Shown here in pieces: positions 51,126 through 60,906 of a stretch of DNA of 64,000 nucleotides (the stretch's first letter is position 1; every line of letters starts with the position of its first letter). Origin of the DNA: Bugula neritina (lineage: Eukaryota > Animalia > Bryozoa); the NCBI GenBank assembly GCA_964035545.1, contig OZ037768.1, forward strand, positions 20,567,700-20,631,699, read 5' to 3'. Made by a program: the position numbers and the translations under genes. Below the pieces are notes generated by a model. The model made no database searches. It was given only the letters and a program-made list of their open reading frames with translations, and was not told the DNA's origin.

Positions 51126-54100
51126 TTATGCATACTGATGAGGCTTAATAAATCCAGTAGCTCTGCCTGTGTTCCCCTCTTTCAGCCGCCTCTCTTTAGC
51201 TCTGTCTCTGTATTGTTTGGTAAGCTGTCCTTGGTTTGTCTGTTGAAACTTTATCAAATTTTGCTAAAATATAAACAAATGAAATTAGCTAACTAAGTAC
51301 CAATGAACTTTCCATGGAAGTGTACCAAGTACCATTTTTAGCTTATAACATGTATAATGTTGAAACAAAGTTTTGCCTCTGCTAGTTCTGGACATCTTGC
51401 ATGTACAATAGTGATAAAGTAGGCATTTAGATTTTATTGTCAGATGAAATTAAATCTTTTATCTGACAATTGAAGTGGAAGGTGAAACAAGTTATAGGTT
51501 ATAAGCTGTAGCATCAGTGTTACATTGTTACATTAGCTACAGAGTAGTAAGTAGAGTTGACTGTAGAGTACTTAGTAGAGTTGACTGTAGAGTTGTTAGT
51601 AGAGTTGACTGTAGAGTACTTAGTAGAGTTGACTGTAGAGTTGTTAGTAGAGTTGACTGTAGAGTTGTTAGTAGAGTTGACAGTAGAGTACTTAGTAGAG
51701 TTGACTGTAGAGTACTTAGTAGAGTTGACAGTAGAGTACTTAGTAGAGTTGACTGTAGAGTAGTTAGTAGAGTAGTAAGTAGAGTAGGAATGTACCTTAT
51801 GAAGATCTGACATCTGAACATGTTTCTCCAGAATAGCTGTTGAGTTGAATTTCCTTTCACATAAGTTACAAGTCAATTTTTGTCGGTCAATATGGTTTGC
51901 TTCGCTCACCAGCTCCTCCTCCCCATCCGAATCATCCCCACCATACGAGGCCACAAGGCCGGTGGATGAAACTGGTGCGCCTCTTTTCACTCCGGCCATC
52001 TACAGGCAAAGAGTTATAGCATTAGAAGTTATGGCCACTTGTTAGTTTCATATGAAATGTTATATTCAAATACATCACAGCACTACTAGGATAAACTGGG
52101 GCACTTATAGTACATTTTACATTGTATTCAAAAACTTATTTAATTTCCACCCATCCAAATTATTGCCCACGTCATGACATATAAACCAGAAGCGTTTGAC
52201 AGGAAATAAATCACTTACCGCTGAAGGAGGGGGCATCAAGTCTTGAGATTTCTGTAAACACATAACAGAATATTTCATTTATACCTCTACACTGTGTCAT
52301 CGTAATAATATTTTCATACATCACACAATATAATATAGGCTGTGCAAGTCTTCGCAGCAAAATTTAAAAAGAACAACATTGCAGGTCAACTTTGGTCTGC
52401 TAAGGTAAAGTAACTCCGAACTCTAACAGATAACTTGGTAGTTTTCCACAACTCTAAACTGACCAAGTGAACACCAAGACAGTTGCTGAATAGCAATGTG
52501 CATTTTTCGTACAAAAGTCCACACCGCATGCACATCTTCTCCAGATTGATGGATTCAAGTATTCCACAGTTGAACTTACATTGACATGCAGTGGACCAGG
52601 ATTAGACAACTTCTTCCCCATCAGCACATCGTATGCCATGTCAGCCGCTGCCTGTTTACTACTGACTGAACTGGGAGTTGTGTCCACAGGAGCTGCCGAC
52701 ACTGCTGGAGGCGGAACTACCACCGATGACTTTGATTTTTTATTCTGTGATTTTGCCCATTTCTCCATTTCCTATAGAAAACAATTACACTATAACTCAC
52801 ACTATGGAACAATGAAGTTTAAACATACCTTGTACTAAATATAGGGCGATAAACATGAATGGTAAGAGTTATGGTGGACAAGATTTGAATAAATTGTCAG
52901 TCATACATGTGGAGACAACTCCGTAATATTACATTACTCTACAAACACACACTACAGTTATTTTCTACTACGTCATTAATATATGCTCGGACAACATATT
53001 AGTTCGACAAGTGGCTACAACTCCGCAGTGTTATCAACTGTAACAGTAAACCACGACTATAGGATCATGCGCATCACGAAAAGGGAAAACGCACACTACA
53101 GCCACTACGATCTACACTTTTCCAATGCCACTAATTTATCCTCATGTTATAATTTTTCCAAAGTCTACTATAACCACATGTTGATAGGGCAGTTTTCCTA
53201 TGATTACTCAGTAAAGCATTAACAAGGTTACCTTGGCTATGTTTTTAGCTTTGTTTTTTTTCTCTTCCTTCTCTTTAGGCACTTCTGCTGATTTCTGAGT
53301 ATCTGTAGACTCTGGTGCCGCGGTTTCTGTGCTGGATACGGGGACATAGGTCTTGGCCGCCCCATCCCAGTACATGAACTCCTGCGTGGTCATGTTGTAG
53401 TAATACTGCAATACAAATACAGAGGACATCTATTTATAAGTATATAATAGTAATATACAGTGGATATTCTCCTATGCCCCACTCTCCACCAGCAACTGTA
53501 AACAGCAGCACAAAACTTGAACCAATGTCTTTTCTCCTCTGAAACAATTCAAACCCGACTTCTTGGTTAATGAAATACAAGACAGTGAAGAGCAGAGTTG
53601 CTTCCCAGGTAACCTGGTTTAACTTATGAAACTAGCCTTAGGTCACCAACCTGTGAATTGGCATCATAGTAGAGCCCCGTGCTGTCATCATAGTAGTACC
53701 CAGAGGCAGCGTCCCACCTGTAGGTGGAGACATCCGGGTCAGCTACAACACAAGGTGAGACAACTCTAGCCTGTGCCTACCATTATATTACAGATAGAGT
53801 AGTTGCAATTACCAAGGTCAAATTTAGGCAGAAAAAATAGCCAAGATAAAACTGACAAAAGTGAAAATGGCGATACTCTCCCACTACTGATATACATTGG
53901 GTTTGCCTGTGAATTACTTGCTTCATGCGTAGAAAAAGAACGTACGATATTGAGGAAGTTGACTGTATCCATTAGCTGTCGGCACCGTGCTTGCCTTCGC
54001 CGACGAACCTTGATCATAATGCTGCTGTATTTTAGACATCTGATTGGCTGAACTGGCAGCCAATGCCTGAAATTCAACGAATGAAGTTTGGCTAGCTGAT

Positions 54101-57100
54101 TGTACGAGTACATCAAATAATATAGTTTCTGATAGATTGGTGCAGATAACAGCATGTGATTGGTGACTATACATACTTGTAACTCGTATTCTGTAGGTTG
54201 TCTGTATTGACTATGTCTATCGTAGGACTGCTGTGATTGGTCCATGCCTTGATACTGTATGCTAGCTAGACTGTAGCATACAAAATACAAAAATTATATT
54301 ATTAATACGAAGATATAAAGTAGCGTATACAACTGGTGAAAATTACATTCACATAGAATGCTGGTTATGAAATTCTAACTTGAAGTGACAAAATAACATT
54401 CACATGGTATGTCTAGACTTGAACTCGAGGTGATACATTACTAGGTAATACTCACATGGTAGAGTAAGTGTTCTTGGCATATTCGACCATAGCGAGTTTC
54501 CCGTCAACCTCAAACGACTGTTTAGTGTTGAAGTGATCTCGCACTTTCTTCCCGTCCATGGCGCTGTCAAACTCCATGAATGCATAACTACAAAAAACAA
54601 CCTTGATCTCAGCGAGGAGACAATGCTAAACTTCAAACACAAGAAAATTGGTCTTTCAATTTATTAACTGAATTGTAAACTACAAACCTATCAACAACAT
54701 GATATCATCCTGGTATATTGTAGAATTTGACTGATTGAAAAACCTAGCAGCGGATAATTCAAAATAATCAACAATGAAATCCTTTGTTTGACTAAGCAAT
54801 TTCAACCAGCTGACTAAACATGTACCCAGTATATATGTATCACACAGTATATATGTATCGCACAGTATATATGTATCACACAGTATATATGTATCACACA
54901 GTATATATGTATCGCACAGTATATATGTATCACACAGTATATATGTATCACACAGTATATATGTATCATACAGTATATATGTAGTAACATGAGAGATAGT
55001 TGGCAGAGCTTACCCTAAGGAGACGCCTGTAGTGAAGTTCCTCATCACATAGCAGTTCTTAGGCTCTAGGGAAGTGACTGCAGCAAGGGCATCCAGTAGG
55101 GACCGCTCTGTAGTCAGCCCGTCTAGTCCTCGTATGATCACAGCTAACAGAATATCACTAAGTATGAGTTACTGAGTCACACACAGAGAGATTACAAATC
55201 TGCAAACTTCTTTATTTGAAATTAAAAACAAATCCAAACCTAATACATCTTATACACATGTATACACATGTCTACTAGGTGTACACACATGTCTACTAGG
55301 TGTACACACGTCTACTGGGTGTACACACATGTCTACTAGGTGTACACACATGTCTACTAGGTGTACACACATGTCTACTAGGTGTACACACATGTCTACT
55401 AGGTGTACACACATGTCTACTAGGTGTACACATATATTAAACAACTCACTATTGCAAGGATTAGAACCAACTTGACTGGACCCATCATCACTCTCCTGGT
55501 GAACTTTGTTACCAGCTGTGTACACAAAACATGTGAATTATGAGAGATGGTATAGAAACTCAATAAAAATCTTGACCATGCAGTGTAAATATATGCCGAG
55601 AAGCATGTATATAGTCTGTAGTGTAACCCTAGTATAAGCGTAGTAGATGCTAACCTGCATAAGAGAAATATGAGGACGCAGGTAAAAAGAGTACATAATT
55701 AGCTTTAGAATATAACAGCAGCCATATAGGGGGACACAACTTTACAAGTTCCCTGGGTTTCACAATAAACAGCCTGGTTCACTGATCATTATTTTAGTCA
55801 AATAGAACTTGAATTGATTGGTTTTAGAGTTCATTTATTTCACAAAACTCACTTCAGCCATAATAATTTCAAACAAGACTTTTAAATTGAAGACATTATT
55901 GTAACAGCTATTTTAGCATATGATTTATATCAAAACGCAAGTATAACTAATGAATGAAGTAGATCAACTATCTATGCATACAGGGTAGAAAGCACATGTT
56001 CAACTTACATGATCTTGGGTGCTTTGGTGTGCTGCATCTATAGCATTCACTTCTCTTGGCAAAGTTTATGAAATTACACTAAAGTTAAAAAGACAATTAA
56101 ATATACCTGATCGTCTTAGGTATTAGAAAAGAATGGGAATAGCTATATTCTGAGCCGACACTTACATTAGAACATGTCCAGTCGGCGTGAACAGGTGGAT
56201 CTCTGTGGTCGGACCTGGAAGAGTGTCTCGGATTCCTTCTACTGTACACCAGCCCCGACACATGTTCGCCAGACTCACACATGATCCTCATCAGACCCTG
56301 GCAAATACAGTCCACACAGATACAACACCAGTGAGAGAAGTAGAGGAGCAAGGAGACCGTGGCGAACCCTGTGCGTGTCCAGTGGCTATCTCAAGCATGC
56401 TATACTATCTCTGCTCAGCAAACGCTGCTAGTCTATCAGGGGGAATTGACCCGTAAAATGTGTAGGAAAATCTCCTTAGAGCAACTTTTCAGCTCAACTG
56501 ATAAGTTATTGAGATGGAATATGTGAGGTTATTCTATATTAGTAAAGTTGTTATCTATTTGTTTTTGGTTATGTGTGTAAAAATGAACCTAACAAGTATA
56601 AAATATAAAAGAATGGTCAACCTCAACACTTTGAGTCCAGAATTCATTGAAATTTCAAGTTTGATGTAAACCCATTCATGTTGCTGACAACAATCCTGCA
56701 TCTCCCCCTCCCCCAGTTACACTCCCCTGGGTGCACCAGTATCGACAACTATTTAGTTATACAGAGGACTGACGACTGCTATGAATATTGATTAATGACT
56801 AGAAACTTGCTCTCTGAAGATAAAACATAATGGGGAGCAGGTATGTTGTCCCATCATGAAAAGCTACAGCAAAAGCATGGGATGTTTTTCTTAAAATCCG
56901 CTGCTTTTAAAATTATTTTGACCAACTGGTGGAACTCAATTTACGAGAATATTACTACTTGTGCCAAAAACCTAGACTCAAAGTGATTGATAAACCAGAA
57001 ATGTAACACTTAGTAACTTATTGTTAAGGCTGTTTAATACCGCATTACCTACCAAATACATTAAAAAAACCTAAATAAGTCTAGAAGCATATTGCAGGTG

Positions 57101-58146
57101 ATGCAATAGGGTGCTGGCATAGCGCCACCAGATTTCACCACAAGAAGGCAAAAAAGGGGAGCAGTTGCTTGGTTACCATGTATCACACTAGTAATAATAG
57201 TATAGAAGGAGGTAAGAAACTTAGAGTAGTAAGGACTGAGACACGTTCTCATAGGTCAACCTGCTGTTTATTCATCCAGTCCGCTGATGCTTGCACTGAG
57301 TGAAACTCTACGAAGGCAAATGCAGCACCTCTCGAACCTGCGTAACAGGATACAAGTTTACAAACAATACATTTAATGAAGGTTAATCACAGGAAACACA
57401 TTTCCTTTCTACGCGCCAGGCAGTCAGAGTTGAGCGCCCCTGTCTCACTTACCGTTTCCTTGACAACGCCAGATGAATGACCATATGTCCGGCTAATAAC
57501 AAGAGTTGCTTTCAATACAGTAACACAATGACTGACCACCATGCCACGGCAGGTATGGTGAAGCAATGGATGTATTAGTCACAACGCACTAACTCACACA
57601 CTATACTCTTTATTACCTGATTTCCTGGGTATCAGCCGAACATCTTTTATTCTTATGTTACGATCATCAAACCATATGTCAAGCTGAAAAAAGAGTAAAG
57701 ATGTATTTAGAAACATTAACACCATGTTTATACTGTAAACACATCAAATAAACAGGAATAAGTTGCTAGCCGAAGCAGTATTAGTACATACATCACGCTC
57801 AGTTATATCATCCGGAACATTCTTAATCAGCACAGTACTAACAGGTTCTCTCTGCCATCCGTCATCTCTTCTGTAATCCCTGATAGACAAGAAATAACAA
57901 GTATGCGTTAACCACCATATCACAATTTATTTCCACTACACTACTAGAAAAGCTTTGCAAAGAATGCCAAAGTTAAAAGAAAGCACATTGCAATATTCAA
58001 ATGAACAAATAGTGTCATTTTCTGAACATACAATATAAATTGAACACGTAAATTAAACAAGTAAAATAACATAATTATAGAGCTGGCAATGATCAACACT
58101 ACCTGTCTCTATCGTTGTAGCTGTCTGGACTGTGTCTGCTACTCAT
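51126..58146 (-). CDS. RBM5: RBM5/RBM10-like splicing factor (RRM1, RanBP2 ZnF, RRM2, OCRE, C2H2 ZnF; no G-patch found); 17 coding exons
   Basis: Exons 58146-58103, 57879-57792, 57683-57617, 57337-57261, 56297-56166, 56078-56009, 55515-55450, 55143-55014, 54587-54456, 54270-54177, 54066-53946, 53742-53651, 53405-53232, 52771-52580, 52251-52219, 51999-51796, 51263-51126. Motifs [104 protein letters not shown]. Confidence 0.9.
51536..51787. repeat. 24-bp minisatellite (2 x 12-bp GTAGAG subunits, about 10 copies)
   Basis: GTAGAGTTGACTGTAGAGTACTTA and variants. Confidence 0.92.
54827..54981. repeat. 18-bp minisatellite (CAGTATATATGTATCACA, about 8 copies)
   Basis: Directly visible. Confidence 0.92.
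55254..55432. repeat. 21-bp minisatellite (GTGTACACACATGTCTACTAG, about 8 copies)
   Basis: Directly visible; generates the spurious (MCVHLVD)n ORF. Confidence 0.92.
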
Positions 58147-59446
58147 CTTAGTTAGTCACCGCTAAATGCCAAAGTAAGATACAAGTTAAACAGAAGGCTT
58201 CACTTAGGTAAGAATTCAAATTAGGTCTATACCCTCATGCCCATACAACAAATATGTTTAAAAACAAAATTACAAATTATCAACACATATATACCCTTAT
58301 TAAATTAAGTCACATGATTTATAATCTGATTAGTTTATCCAAAAATTAACGATTTCATTTGTTGAAGCAAACCATCTATTGAAAACTGTATCGGCCAGCT
58401 TGAGCCTAACTTGATTGTTAGTTGACAGTTGCTCACTCAGCGAGTGTAGGAGTCTTTTGCAGCCACTGTGATGTTTTGATTAATAACAGGCTGCTAGCAA
58501 GTAACATTAACACAACTACGTAAGTAAGTGTGTAGCCAATTGCTACCATGGTAATTTATAATAATATTGTATTATTAACTTGAAGGCGATTATTATCACT
58601 GATGGCAGCTAAACTGCTATTTTTTTTACTACATATTGCAATTAACATATTGAAAGTTAGTTTTAAAGTTTCATTATTTTTGACAGTTTGAGCATCATGA
58701 AAACTATTACAATTTATGTTTACCAACTGTTAGCAATCATCAATTTAATTTTTTGAGTGTAAAAACAAATAGTGATAAGGTCAACCACAATGTCATACTA
58801 ATAGTGATAATATACTAATACTTATTCTTAGGTTACTGTTACCGCTAGACTTTCTGAGGTCTTAAGAAAATGTGATACGTACGGAGTATCAGTATGATAC
58901 TTTCACAATGAGTTTAGTACTCATATTGATAGTCATATAATGATAGATTGATAGTAATACTATGATTCCATTGCTATTAGTATTATTACTATCGCTTATA
59001 ATAATAGTAATACTAATAGCATTATACTATTACTAATACTACTAGTATTATTATTAACTAGTACGATTAGAGTATTACTTTCACTATGTCATTAGTATTA
59101 AGCATTACTATTACAGTATTAGTATTAGTCAAATTAGTGTATTAGTATGTTAGTAATAAACTAAAACTGTATAAGTATAACCTTACAATATTGATTAGGT
59201 TTGACTATGATACTCATATTGATATTGTGATGGACTTTGAGTGTGACTGTTTACCTCTACCATCTATGACTATGAGTATACCTGTATGAATGTGACTAAT
59301 CTATTTACGGTGATTAGTGGCTAATGAGTACGATGATCACTAGAACTATTAATATCACTATCAGTATCAGACTATGGGACTGACCGTCTGAGTCTCTATG
59401 ACTGAGATCAATAAGTATAACTGTAAGTGAGTATAAGTATTGGTAT

Positions 59447-59751
59447 TGTGGTGGCTCGTGGAGCTACCAGCAACACAATACGCAAGGTTGCGTATTGACC
59501 CGGAACAATGTATTAGCCAATTAGCTAAGCTGTTTTATAAGTAATAGTAGCGGCTTCGCGCTACTAGCTCAGTTGAGGATAGTGCTGTAAACTAAATAGA
59601 CGTGCGTATCATTACTGTTGTACATTGGATTTTTATTATGTATTCTTGTATTAAATATAACGATATCTACTCGACTTAACTGGTGAAGTTTCTCTAGTGT
59701 TAAATAGACTCTCTTGGTGGCACATCAACCCTAAATCTGAAAACTATAACA
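59447..59751 (+). repeat. 5' LTR (TG...CA, about 305 bp)
   Basis: Starts TGTGGTGG where the host low-complexity tract ends; ends ..TATAACA one base before the PBS. The left boundary cannot be confirmed without the 3' LTR. Confidence 0.7.
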
Positions 59752-59752
59752 G

Positions 59753-59770
59753 TGGTGGCAGCAGTGGGAT
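59753..59770 (+). promoter_or_regulatory. Primer-binding site complementary to a tRNA-Leu 3' end
   Basis: TGGTGGCAGCAGTGGGAT, the reverse complement of ATCCCACTGCTGCCACCA (tRNA-Leu AAG/TAG-type end). Confidence 0.8.
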
Positions 59771-59784
59771 AGTGTATATCAAAG

Positions 59785-60651
59785 ATGGAGACTGAAAACG
59801 CTAGAATGCAACCACCCCCAGTAGAAGGTGAGCGTAGAAATGCTGTTAATCCTGTGAATCATGAAGGAGAAGAAGCTTATAGACATTGCTTGAAAGCTCC
59901 CACCTTTACTGGGTCGGAAGATGTCGAACAATTTATACAAGAATTTAGAGAGGTAATGGAAGTTGCTCAATGGCCGCATAGAGTGGCCCTCATTCAATTG
60001 CGGAGAGCGGTGACGGAGCAAGCCAAGCCGTACGGAGTGGGAACGGACGTAGACGGCATACTGGCTGCGCTGCGGGCCCGTTTTGGCACCTCCGTCATAG
60101 ACGCTAGGACCAAGCTGGCGAGATTGTGCCGCACCCCGCGGACCTCGCTGCAAGAACATGCCGCGACGGTGAAGAAGCTGGCGCAGATTGCATATAGCGA
60201 TCTGCCAGCACAACACCAAGAGCGTTACACTTATGACGCCTTTGTCCAGTCCCTAAACGACCTGGGCCTAGACCATCACCTACGAGCTAAAGGGATAACC
60301 AGAATAGAGGATGCCCTGAAGGCTGGAGAAGCTTACCTGTTGGCTACCCAAATGCATCGAGCACAACGGAACCCACCAGTAGTTGGAGTCAGCGCTGCTC
60401 GGGCTACGACAGGTTCCGAAGCCCTCCCGCTGGAAGCCGAAGTGGACCGTATGGTAGAGATGCTGGGACAATTGGTGACCATTCTGGCCGGTGCTGGCCC
60501 CGGTCAGGCCTTGCGGATGCCCCCAACACCTGTGGGGCAAGGCTGGAGTAGCGCTGATCAGGACCAGGGACAGAAAGGACGACCCCAATACCAGGGGGCG
60601 TTAAACTGTCACGGCCCGCGGACACTCTCCCTCCCCGCGGGCCGCAACTAA
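59785..60651 (+). CDS. gag: Gag (capsid-like), 288 aa
   Basis: KAPTFTGSEDVEQFIQEF...W...ALRARFG...SLQEHA capsid-type pattern, immediately after the PBS. Confidence 0.88.
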   Translation: METENARMQPPPVEGERRNAVNPVNHEGEEAYRHCLKAPTFTGSEDVEQFIQEFREVMEVAQWPHRVALIQLRRAVTEQAKPYGVGTDVDGILAALRARFGTSVIDARTKLARLCRTPRTSLQEHAATVKKLAQIAYSDLPAQHQERYTYDAFVQSLNDLGLDHHLRAKGITRIEDALKAGEAYLLATQMHRAQRNPPVVGVSAARATTGSEALPLEAEVDRMVEMLGQLVTILAGAGPGQALRMPPTPVGQGWSSADQDQGQKGRPQYQGALNCHGPRTLSLPAGRN

Positions 60652-60906
60652 AGGAGTATGGTGGAACACGCCGTCGTCTGTCCGTACGGACACGGCGGAA
60701 CATTCTACCCGAGTGGCAGGTACCACGCAGGACTAGTAGGCCCGCACAACGGCCCAGTACCTTTTCCCTGCCACTCGCTAACCGGTTTCACCGGTTACCT
60801 CGGGAGGAGGAGCCCGCCACTGAAATGGAGCCAGAAGGCCCAGTGGAGAGGCCCAAACCCCGCCGGCACCAACCTCGCCGCCGGAAGCCCCGTAAACCAC
60901 GGGTGA

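Noticed and set aside
51517-51860. Repetitive ORFs (SRVDCRV, STLL, VELT) and the STVNSTKY tail
   Set aside because: Translations of the 24-bp intronic minisatellite.
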